Of a stretch of 64,000 nucleotides of DNA, positions 26,101 to 37,800 are shown piece after piece. Source of the DNA: Phoronis australis (Eukaryota > Animalia > Phoronida); NCBI GenBank assembly GCA_002633005.1, contig NMRA01000960.1:24231-88230 (forward strand), given 5' to 3'. Each line of letters begins with the position of its first letter. Position 1 is the stretch's first letter. A program made the position numbers and the translations under genes. Below the pieces are notes generated by a model that was given only the letters and a program-made list of their open reading frames with translations, was not told the origin of the DNA and searched no databases.

Positions 26101-27767
26101 TCGCTTCGGGGCTTCACGAAATTTACCGGGGGTGGATTTTACCTTAATTTGCAGCGTTTTACCTTTTCGACAAATGTAACAACCCATTGCAAGTGCTTGG
26201 ATTCAAACTAAGCGTCGCTTTCAGCTCGTCGTGACCACTTCTTACAAGCATTACACTCATTCCAATATTGATTAAAAGATTTTTCATATTCTTTATTCAA
26301 CATCTTTTGAAACTGATGAAAACCTTCTTATGCATATATGGTGATAAGGCTCTTACTGAAAGAACCGGAGAAGTTCGTAGCCACGTAAGCCACTGTCATC
26401 TTCTATTAGTTACTGTCCACAGATGGCGTCCGCGATCACAACTGTGCCACTTGTCTAGCTAGTTTACTTTCACTCCTGCCCATGACAATAGTGTCCAGTG
26501 ATGCCTGATGTAAACATCACGCCATGAGTTGTTTTCCACACCGTGCATAAAATACCGAAAACGAAGTTAAAAGGCGATAAATGTCCAGAGAAACTCCCGC
26601 AGCCGAGTAGTTCACATTCTTGTGTCCTTAACTGTGTTTAGTACTGGGTCCAAGTTCCTGTCCACAGATGGCGTCCACAACCATCACTGCTTCCGTTTGT
26701 TATCTCACTTAACCTTCTACCCAGAACGATCAATGATTCCCCAGCGCAAGTGTTTAACGCAGAAGTCGTTTCCCTCACGTGTATAGATTCCTCTTTGAGG
26801 CAACAAAGGTTCATAGTCAAGTAATCTACATTCCTCTGTTCTTGATGCTTGTTGTTTGATGATCCAAATTAAAATGTACGTCGAGTGTCCACCACCAAAC
26901 CGCTTTCGTTTGTCACCCTCCTTTGAAATCTGCGCTGCAGAGTAAAGTGTTTCACCAGAGCAACTGTGCGCTGTATGTGCGATAAACCTTCAAAAGAATT
27001 TGTCCGGGTCCCCAAAGTTGGTAGAGTCATCAATGCAATCAAGTGTTGCACCGTACTGAGCGTCCGGAAAATATATTAGAAATGAAAAACCAGACCATTC
27101 ATTATTTTGGCGACGAATAACGGATCCTTTTACCAGTAACTGAGTTTGAAACGTCGTTGCAAATTTTTGAAACGCCCTTTACACGACAGAATGTAATGTA
27201 TTTATCACTATATTGTTCACAAAAATACAGTTGTGTCATTTACATTTTGTATCAATCCAGAAACTACCTATTCTTGCACTAATTTTCGCTTTGTTTGTTA
27301 CATCGCTTTTGTTGCAGTGTGCATTTTGCATGAATACACACGTTTTGAGTATTTTTAGGATGTCCACTTGTTAGTGACGTAATTTATGGTTAGTCGGCAG
27401 AATCGGTAATTTCTATTCAGTTTCTCTCTCGATCACCTTGAGCTGACAAATAGCATATGCCGTGGAAATCGACGACATTCCGAGACAGCTATTGTGGTGC
27501 AGTGGTTAGAGCATAGACATCACATAGACCGGGTGCGCGCCACTCATACATGCAGCTCGCGTTGTCAGTATGACGCCATATTGGAGAGTGGCGGAAAACA
27601 CTGAGAGCCCTACGGCATCAGTCAGAAAATCGGTGGGCTCGCAGTGTTATGCTTGCAGCCAAAGAGATAAGTTTTTTGGTCCTGCCTTTGAGTCATGGGT
27701 TTTTGGGTTCGGCCATGGAGTTTAGAGGTGCTGCCACTAAATTTTATGTTCTGCCACCATAGTTTAA

Positions 27768-27875
27768 AAGAGAATGCCACCCGATTTAATTAGTCTTTTT
27801 TGCCGTCTTAAACGGTCTATATCCACATCGCCTCGCATACGGTCGACCTTACCTTGCCAAGAGGTGTCGCGTTAA
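27768..27875 (-). mobile_element. Truncated third copy (one end only) of the 1.6-kb Kolobok-type element
   Basis: TTAA|AAGAGAATGCCACCCGATTTAATTAGTC...GAGGTGTCGCGTTAA is the reverse complement of about 51207-51319. Confidence 0.85.
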
Positions 27876-29206
27876 AGGCAAAGGCAACCTTTTTCATGTC
27901 ATTTTTAGCAAAAAGAAGGTTCATTGGTTATCCCAGACATATTTTCCACTTAACTGCAGCTTTTCGTAATTTAATTAATTATTCGTTCTCTACTCCAGAA
28001 ATGACGTTTTGGGAGGCAAGAATTTCGCGCCAATTTCTTTTCATATAGTGACTGTGAGCGCTGTCGAGTCAGTCATTGATCTACCTCCGTTGTGATAAGT
28101 TCGTTCGTCGTTTGCTTTTCTTTACGAGTCCGTCAACATGCCACACTGTTGCTGCGTACCGGGATGTACTCATTATGGCCCAAAGCCTGTAAGCAGCCCT
28201 GCTGCAATGTTGAGTAGTGGGAGTGAATGCAGGCCCAGTGAAGAGTACAGTTTGTCGTTCAGTGAACACATCGGTGAGCCAAACTTTTGATAAGTTTATT
28301 GCGGACTTGTCTAAAGTATTGGAGCTATTTAGAAGATGCCATGAGTGTGGCGAGGGAGTCACATGGCAGGGTGGAAGCAGTTTGTGTGCTCAGGTCACTA
28401 TCCAGTGGGAATGTGTCGCGGGACACTCGGGCAAGTGGGACAGTTGTTCCACTGTCCGTGAGACGATAATGAGTACATCCCCAAGGTACCTAAACTACAC
28501 GGTCAACGGACTCATAAACACGGGCACAGATGCATGAACACGACTCACGGACCTGCAAACACTGTCCACTGACTCACAAACACGGGAACGGACTCACAAA
28601 ACACGATCCACGCACCCAAATACTCATACTCCCGAGGAAACACGGTTAACAGACCGCCAAACACGGGTCACGGACTCATCGGCTTCCTGGGTCAGCTGAC
28701 ATCTTCATTTTGTCCGTAAACCGTGTTTGGCGGTCCGTTAACCGTGTTTCCTCGTGAATATGAGTCCGTGTCCCGTGTATTTGGGTGCGTGGATCGTGTT
28801 TTGTGAGTCCGTTCTCGTGTTTGTGAGTCAGTGGACAGTGTTTGCAGGTCCGTGAGTCGTGTTCATGCGTCTGTGCCCATGTTTATGAGTCCGTTGACCG
28901 TGTAGTTTAGGTACCTTGATCCCGGTATGCAGCAACAGTGTGGCATGTTGACTGACTCTTAAACAAAAGCAAACGACGACCGAACTTATCACAACCCAGA
29001 TATAACAATGAATTGACTTGGCAGCTCTCACAGTCAGACTATATGAAAAGAAATTGGCGCGAAATTCTTGCCTCCCAAAACGTCACTTCCGTAGTAGAGA
29101 ACGAATAATTAATTAAATTACGAAAAGCTGTAATTAAGTGGAAAACATGTCTGGCATAAGCAACGAACCTTATTTTTGCTAAAAAGGCTTGAAGAAAAGG
29201 TTGCCT
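27876..29206 (+). mobile_element. Internally deleted Kolobok-type transposon with ~185-bp TIRs, THAP start and transposase Zn-finger remnant
   Basis: TTAA on both sides; 27882-28058 is inverted relative to about 29027-29206; MPHCCCVPGC at 28138 (THAP-like start) and LFRRCHECG...IQWECVAGHSGKWDS in ORF 28217-28537. Confidence 0.75.
28482..28918. mobile_element. Foldback MITE (~200-bp arms) with 5-bp TSD ATCCC
   Basis: CAAGGTACCTAAACTACACGGTCAACGGACTCATAAACA... mirrored by ...TGTTTATGAGTCCGTTGACCGTGTAGTTTAGGTACCTTG; ATCCC at 28477-28481 and 28919-28923; arms built from CACGG/GACTCA subrepeats. Confidence 0.85.
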
Positions 29207-31859
29207 TTAACCACACGGGTACTGCCACTATTATCATCTGCTTCAGAGTCACTAACTGAAATGGACTATTGATATCTGTTGTCACTTATGATTTCTACCT
29301 ATTGTCACTGACATTTTAAAAACTGGTGTAAACTACCACACCATCACTTGATATCAAAAGCTAAACAATAAATTGTCACCAATTTTACAACCTTTTTTCT
29401 TAAAGCAGATCCTCTCATAAACAAGAACAGTCATCCATCAGTTTTACAGTTAACTACATAAGAATTTCAAAAATTAATTATGCAAAAATTCTCTATTTTG
29501 GGACAGTGAATGATTATTTTGATCAAAGTGGGAGTTTGTCACAATTTTTAGAAATTCACACAATTGTCTGTCAGAAATTCAAGGGGAATGGTAACAATTT
29601 ATTAAATGTTTGTCATAAGAGTCACTTTTTATGAACTTACAAGAGTAATCTTGCAACCTGTTATTCTAAAACATAGCATTAGGAATTTGAAAAGTACGGA
29701 AATATAAAAATCACTCACGCCTCAAATTTCAAGATGATAAAATCAAATTTCAGCAATGATTTCTGTGTTCTGAATTTAGGAGGCTGTCTCAATCTGGAGA
29801 ATTTTTAATCACCTATCTAATTTCTATCACCAACTTTGTCACCTTTGCTAAAAATATATGTTAAAAACAATTATAAGCTATAAACGTGATCCATCTCTTG
29901 CCATGAAAAATGTTCAAACATACACCATTGCCAGCATGATGATGAATGCACGCAGCAGTCAATAGCCTCTGTACAGCACAGAGTTGAGGGTTTTTGGCAA
30001 ACATTTACATGTATCCCATACATTATGGCTACAGTGAATTCATTCTTAGTCATACCAATATGTAGCGAATGACACATAGTAACAGAAGTGGTAGCCCATG
30101 TGGAGGATTTTCCAATTCTTTCACAATTTGTGTGGCTTGTCATCCAGGTTCCTCATGGGAAGTCTAAGCACAATTTTTTCTGAAGTCTTGAAAAGATCAT
30201 CCAAAAATGTACTGATTTCAAACAACGGTTTCCGATCACGTTGCTCGGTTGAATCTTTAGACATGAAGTTTGACAAGAAAGGGTTGAATTGTTGATAATT
30301 CTCAGATACTGGATGCCCATGGTCAACTAAGTCTTTGCTCCTGTTGGCTTCTTAGAAGCAGATGGCGAATCAATCCATTAGTACATGTTTCTGTCGATCT
30401 TTAGACTGAGCAATGAGATTGCTGACATCCATTCTTGCTGATTTCTGCAGCTGTTTGAGTTTTGAACAAAACAAAATGCCAGTTAGAGACGGTGGTCACT
30501 GTCTAATCCACTGAATAATAGGAATGTTATTCAGTTGTTACATTCATCAACTTTTTTCGACCATGTCTTTGTCCTGTCGTTCGTTTCCCATTTTTCCCTA
30601 GTATAAAGTGACCAACAACGCGTGTATTCGCCTGGTCAAGTCTAGACATTTGCTATCACTGGTGGTGTGTTCCATCTGGCTAACACTAACAGTCTGACTC
30701 TGTAAGGTATAACTAGTGAACTTGCACTGAAGTTATTACAACATGTTGATAGCGTCATTCTCAAAAACAGGGAACATTATATCCGACTTGTTTCCGAAGT
30801 AGTTAGGTGTGATAAGACTGAACTCTGAAGTCGAAGTCCAAGTAGCCACAGTCAAAGTGATGTGTCGAAAATCACCAATTTACTTTCAATTCAGACCCCT
30901 TTTAACTCACTTTTTATGCAAGTACAACCGTACAGGCGTACACGACTGGCCCCAGTTAGATTCCCGGTTCGGAGATTGATCTGAGTCGGCATTTACAACA
31001 GTTGTTCAGTAACATTTATATTGATTCAGAAACGCGATAGGCCTACTGCCTAAACCAGAAATCGCGATCCACCATGTTTACAAAAGCGCCGTCTACTGAG
31101 CAAACGGATAGAAGTTTTAACTACTTTCGCGCAGGGTAATGTACTCCATATGAGTAAGATAATACATGCAGTGTTGGCTTACGTAGTAAATGCCGGGCGC
31201 ACGCGCTACTGCAGCTGACAACTTGACGCCATATTGGAGAGTGCTACTAGTCACATGACACGGCTAATTGCCGTGTAAACAAACGGGGTAAATTGTCTTT
31301 TTCAAAGCGCGATATCTAACATATAAATAGGCCGAAGAGTGAGATTTTTTCCAGAAACATGCAAACACATGTGATGTAGCACTTACATACGTTTTAAGAG
31401 TTAATCAGTCGATATGGAAAATGTCAAACTATTAGAATATCGCAACCAGTGGCAGATTTTCGAGTGGCCTGAGCGGATGCACGCCTGTCAATCCACTGCG
31501 TTTATTATTTTTCGTTTTTTCAAGAGAAACCAGTAAGATCGCGAAAATTTATCATTTAATTCGTGTCGCTCGATGCAAATACATTATATCCAGGAGACGT
31601 GCTGCTCACTTGGGACGTACTTTTGTTATGCCTCAATAAGCCTTAGTTTTCAGCATTGAAAATGACCCCCGGGTAACTACGTAAAATCAAAATACGATCC
31701 AGGTCGCATTTAATGGGAGACCATTTAAATTTAATGTGAACTACTGTGAAAAATGACCTCATTGGAGTCATATAGATAAATGACAGGTTTTTAAAGTACA
31801 TTAGGGCGTTCTCCCGTTCGACTAGACGTACAGCGGTTGTGAGCGTGTGATAGTCTTAA

Positions 31860-33469
31860 AGGAGCATGCCACCCAAAAACAACTTAATTTGTATCAATTT
31901 AGATCGACTAGTTCTACTCCATAACGACACGTACGGTTGCATTACCTGACACCTGACGGCAGACGGAGGTGTTGAAATTATCCAATGACGTCATCGGTTT
32001 CACACGCAGTCTGTTCAGCAGTTCACAACACGGGTTACTGGTGTCAGCTTATCGCTTGAAGTCATCGTTTAACACCAATAAATCACTTCGATGTAAAACC
32101 CTTAAAAATACACCGAGTTCTTATAAAAACGTGTATTATTTCGCTCTTACGGATTTATTTGTATTTGGACACACCGTAGCCTACAAAGTTCGGCAGGCTA
32201 ATAAGGTCCGTAGCAGGAGTTTGGGGTCTGTTCGGAGATAATTTCGAAGTATTTTCCGTGAGATACAGACAGGAGAACCTAGATCTGTGTTGTTTAGACT
32301 TGTGATTTTTTGAGTTTTAAACACAAAACGCTTGTTATCCTGGCCAGTGGCTCGGAAGCTGATCAGACATCACGAACATAAACCAGCCAAAGTTCAGTGG
32401 AAACTAAACTTCCAGTCAAGAAAATACTATACTAGTGAGCCAATATGTTGGTGAATTAGCCACGAAACTGCAAATCTACTTACTCGTCGGGGGCCGCGAA
32501 TTCACTCGGGTTCCGCTTTGGCCACAGCGCCGTCAGGGCAGAAGTTGTACATATTTGACAATCATTATTTGAGTAATGTAAATGTAAATAAAGATTCCCC
32601 TAACACCTGGCCTTGGGATGGAAATCGAATTGTTTCGCAACAGTTTCTGCCACCAAACACTAAATTAGCATGAGCTCACACGGCCTCGGTGTCCCGTCAA
32701 TTAGTTTTATTGCACCTAAAGCCGGTAACGCAGTGATTTATTCATTGCTGGCTTCTCAAATCATTTGCATTTACGAACACTCCAAAGGCATTACAAATTG
32801 CATCTAATAAGACAGAATTTGTTTCAGTTTTATATAAGTATTGGTTAGGGTGAGAATAATTCATTTTGAAACAGGACGCTCAGTAATAAACGCCAACATA
32901 TCTATGGCAACTCGCAATCCCGACTTAGGACGAGCTAGAGCTCATCAGTCCCGACTTCGCAGGTGGATCGTTAAGTTTTACAGGCTATCAATTCGAACAG
33001 GAATACAGTGATGAAGAGATACTAGAGAGGCGCCATGAAAAAGCTCAGACAACTGAACGTATGGAGTTATTTGGTAAGCCGGCATCCGTCAGGCACTGTC
33101 GACGTTTGCAGGCCACAGACACGGAGATGTTTCACGGCCTCGTACTTGCTATTTACAGCGTACATTTCATTCGTCACTACCATGAGCCACTTCCTAAGCA
33201 TTTCGGACTCTCGAGGAAGTAAAAAAAAAAAAAACGATATACCCGCTTTCCTCGCAGCTGCTTAGTTCAGACAAGCGGGAACGATGCACCGCAACATAGC
33301 TGCATTCACTCTGCATATGAACCACTGACGTCGCTGCGTCGCTTCTCACCTTCCTCACAGGTTAACGCCACACCTCTCGTCAAGGTGAGGTCGACTGTAT
33401 AAGAGGCAATGTGGATATAGACCGATTAAGACGGTAAAAAAGACTAATAAAATCGGGTGGCATTCTCCT
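31860..33469 (-). mobile_element. 1.6-kb non-autonomous Kolobok-type DNA transposon, copy 1 (THAP remnant)
   Basis: TTAA|AGGAGCATGCCACCC ... GGGTGGCATTCTCCT|TTAA; collinear and highly similar to 49655-51315. Confidence 0.85.
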
Positions 33470-33473
33470 TTAA

Positions 33474-33600
33474 GATGTCTATGGGTTAGAGCTCCGGACT
33501 CCCGCTTGGGAGACCTGGGTTCAAATCCTGACTTCACTGGCTGACATTCGAGCATTGCACAAAGGTACCTCCTATTCCTCTGAGCTCAGTCTTGCTAGTG
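33474..33600 (+). mobile_element. tRNA-derived SINE head, apparently interrupted by the Kolobok copy
   Basis: GGTTAGAGCTCCGGACTCCCGCTTGGGAGACCTGGGTTCAAATCC has an A-box tail and B-box; GAGCGTGTGATAGTC lies on the other side of the insertion (31841-31855). Confidence 0.55.
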
Positions 33601-34769
33601 AGTGTATGCAAGGGAGTGAATGAGAACCTGGATATAATGCGAAAGCAATTTCTGTGGGGCTGTACTCACATTTTTTAAAACGACATTCCGTGAGTCTGCT
33701 AAAAATAATTGGCAAAGGGACAATTTAAGAGAATGAAAAGCAGAACAAATCATCGAAAACAGAAATGGTCGCTTGACGTTGCGTTTGATACTCGAAATCA
33801 TAAGATAATGTCAAACTGTTTTCGCCAGAAAATAGCGTCATTACAAACACAGACCCTGGTCATGTTTTATTAACACTGAAGTAACACCGGAGAATGAAAA
33901 ACACGAGGAAGTAAATATCAAATGCGCCATTGTTATTGCTGAATAAAGCGCGCACCTTTCTTACTATGAAAACGAGCACTGTTGTGCATAGCCTTGGTAC
34001 GAAGCTGTATACCAAATATATCTTGACGTAGCTACATGTACATACCGGGTAGCTGGCTGGCCATGTTGTGCTAAACGTATTCGCTCTCATTTATCATATA
34101 TCTTACAAAAGCATTATTTTATGAAGGCAACCAGTGTTCACATAACATAAAATTAAAATGTAAATATCAACGACATAAAATTGCTTGATGCTAGTTTAAC
34201 GCAATTCTTATTGATAATTTTCAAGCAGCCGTTTATCTTGTCATAATGAGCCAAACTTGGTTGAAGGCTCGAGTGCACCTATCAGACAAGAGATTGTATA
34301 CATGTAGAGACTACGCATGACAATCGTGCCGTCAACCAAGTTTGTGTCAATGAATGGCTGCTACCAAATACCGATTTCATAATGAATGACATGCATTACG
34401 TTAAAAAGATTATTCTAATGAGGTGATCCGTTTAAAATACTTGTTGATCAAGTCGAATTTACATGTAGCTCCACCAACAGAGCGTTAGACTGCCATCGCG
34501 GGGATTGCAGGTTCCCTTTCGCACCGAGACTAATCTCAGGAAATCACTTTTCGTCCCGATAACGTCCCTTTAAGATTGCTTTAGCCTGCAGTCTATCAAC
34601 TACCAAGGTCACGTTTTTTCTTCGATTTACTTTTGAAACCATATACAATGCCGTTCACTGGGGCATTGTGCAGTGGCATGGGACACCATTCTGAACAATA
34701 AGGGTCAGCCATTCGACGTGTTATTAATAGTCAGTTTTCAAGTTGGCATGGCGTAAACTGCACGTAGAC

Positions 34770-34834
34770 ATGTCATTTTTAGTAAAATTGCTCATCTTGC
34801 TGTTTTCTGGACGATCGGTGCTAAGTACTGTTGG
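34770..34834 (+). CDS. Exon 1: signal peptide
   Basis: MSFLVKLLILLFSGRSVLSTVG then GG|GTAAGA; phase 2 matches exon 2. Confidence 0.6.
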
Positions 34835-37800
34835 GTAAGATTTAACTTGTTCTTTTACGTGTATTGTACCAGGAATTGAAAGAGTTCCGAACTTTGCATG
34901 TTGTTTTTGTCAACGAATAAGACCTACGTGTAGACTACGTTTGTAAAAGACTTCTCTCTTAAACGATGCAATTTCTTGTATTTTCACCAGTTTAAAGCAC
35001 AAATCAAAAGATGCCACTAAGAGTGGAACAGTTTGTATACTGCTTAAGTTAATTCAAAAAGTTTAAAAGTTCACGAAAAGGCGTCCAGCATGATTCACCC
35101 GTTGCAACTAATTCGTTGATGCACCGGCAAGAGTTCAATTTAAAATTATATCTTAAATTCAGTTTATTTAAAAAATAGATGCAACTTTTAATAAAACATT
35201 ATTTAGGACCAATGTTTTGACTGAAGGGGATTGTAATAAAATCCGCCTGAACTACAAAGAAGCAGAAATAGTTTCTCTGGACAAGTGCAGAGTACTGGAC
35301 TGACAATCTAAAGGTCTCTAGGTCAATCACAGCTTACGTCAAGAAAAACGAAACAGGTGTTCATAATTGACTAGCATGAGTGTACCGTACACCCGTGATC
35401 TTTCTTTTAAGAACGGTATAACACCTGAAGATGGACGAAAAGGTGACGTCGTGCCAAAGTAAATAGACAACAGGTTGGTTATAAAAAATAATTGCAGACG
35501 GTCTGATACACGTTGTACCAGACATGCGCAGGCCGCAAATGTGAGCCCATTGCACTGCTCACCTGGAATCAATTTTATGCTTTATTAATATATAGTTAAA
35601 ACCGAGATGAGGAGCTAGGATGTTGACTCAATGGTCTAGCAGTGTAACCCAGTGGTACTCGAAACTACGACCTCCAGTAAAGAAAGCGGGCACCTATCAC
35701 ACTAGGCCACATTGACTTCTCAGCAGGATGGTTAAGTACACCGATAGATTTTAGAAATGATGTAATCATGACAGGACTTCAAAGCGGTTTCAGGAAGACA
35801 GAATATAAACTGACAGATGACATGCTGGAAACATGCGTACGCATAGTGAGATGGTAAAAAACAATGACCCCTAAATAGCCTGCCCCTTTCAGCAATACAC
35901 CTAAAAAGTGTGTTTTCGGCGGTAAAGCCCAATGTTCTTCAAATCATACAAAACATAGAAGACTCCGTCCTCATTACAGTTATTATATAGACGCTGAGGT
36001 TGGCCAGCAATGAAATATATCAAATAAACAAAGAAACATGAGGAACCCCAACACAGATCTCTGGATTGCCGGTCTAGTGCTCTCACCACAGAGCTACTGA
36101 GGACCCGATATCTGTGCAATTACTGTTTACAGCCAACTGTTAAGTCATACATCCCATGAGCGGCAAATCGTCTTTTTCACACAGGATTTGGACAATTATA
36201 TATACACTCAGCATTTCACCAGTATGTGTTAACTAGATATAATAAATATATAGGCGCTGAGGTTGGCCAGTAATGAAATGTACCAAATAAACTCAGAAAC
36301 ATCAGGAACCCCAACTGGGAATCGAACCACTGTCTCTAGATTGCTGGTCTAGCGCTCTCTTATTTGATACATTTAAAGTTCATTTGTAAAAATAATCGTT
36401 TTCATCTCTTTTGCGTTAGAGTTTTATGTTTTTTGAAAATCCAAAGACTAAATGCGTAGAAACCGCAGAAAGTCAAAGTGGGAAGATTTTATTCCGTTTA
36501 TATTCCTTGCTGCAATTTTATTTTCAAAATAAGTAATTTTTCGTTTTGTCATACCCCAAATCATACGTAACAGTGTTTTCAACAGATATGCCCACGGCGT
36601 ACACATAGGAAAATATTCATGTTTGAATCCCAAAACTTTGCCTAGATTTATGGAAAGTGGACACCCAAACAGTATCTGAAGTAAACTTCCAACAATAAAG
36701 TCCCACCTGTGGGACAATGGTGCATCGGCTATGTTGTGTATTGAACGTATATTCACCCTGACTTCTAAATATACGTCCACGCTTATACGTGGATTTGACT
36801 TTTGGTCCCTAAACTAATATTTCCCAACAAGCACGTACCCTGGGCTTTTTTGCAGAAAATTCCGGTACCAAAGTTACCCTCAGGTGCAGAGTTACATCCT
36901 GTGCATATGTATTAGATAAGACATATTGATTACATGCTTTTTGTTTGGGCCAACAACTGCTGAAGATAAATGCTATTTTTGCCTTCATTGTCTGCACACA
37001 CATTTATGAACACGTTGATCGTTTACCATGATGCGCACTGAGCAAAGACAACGTCGTAAAAAGTAACCGAGAAAATTTGTTCTTTATGCATCTATCCCAG
37101 TACCTCCAGTATATGCAAAACAAAAGATGATACTACGGTTGAAGAAGTTTAAGTTGGCGATGTAATCGATTGGCCAACGGCCTGGAAGTTTTTAAAAGAA
37201 CACTAAACCCTGGTGATTTCAACCACTCCTCCTTCTGTCGGTGCAATGAACAATTGGCTATTAGTTGAGTAATAAGAACACAAAAGCACGATTCAACTAA
37301 AAATGCATACTTACTGCGTCACAGAATGGATAGTATTATACCTGGTGAGTGGTGTTCTAATAACATACTGTAGGTCTCGCTTTTCTGTTTAGCGGACTTT
37401 GCAAGGGATTTTCAAGAAATGCTCCAAACTTTGGGGTTGATATAGGTGCAGAGCATTTTGCTTTGTTTCAGAGAGATGGACGAGAAAGTCATTATTAATA
37501 TCTATAAATACGTCAAAATCTGATTTTGTATCTCCATGATAGCAAATAGCAGCATATCTTAATAAAAGCAACGACAGATTTAAACAAGCTTGACGCGTTT
37601 CGGTGTTTATTAAAACACCATCCTCAGAAGAAAAACCGGTGGCCCAACAAGTAATGATACACAAAGTCAGTTACAGGGAAGTAGCAGTAGACTAGACTAA
37701 TAATGATAACCTGGGGTGTGCCAGTTGCCTATAGGGGCTGGGCTTACAGCAACTGCAGAGCCTCACGAATTTTCAGCTACTTGACTGTTTCTCCTTGGAC

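Noticed and set aside
26370-27060. Repeated CTGTCCACAGATGGCGTCC (about 26413 and 26658) and coding-like minus-strand fragments
   Set aside because: Multiple stops in all frames and no family recognised; only a weak match to a CTCF-like motif.
27487-27520. tRNA-like GTGGTGCAGTGGTTAGAGCA
   Set aside because: A-box only, with no B-box or cloverleaf; not a tRNA gene.
35420-35455. Possible sense-strand hammerhead (CTGAAGA tggac GAAA...GTC)
   Set aside because: No stem II pairing and no credible stem III.
37303-37345. Alternative first exon MHTYCVTEWIVLYL|GTGAGT
   Set aside because: Phase 0 donor does not match the phase 2 acceptor of exon 2; 34770-34834 fits better.
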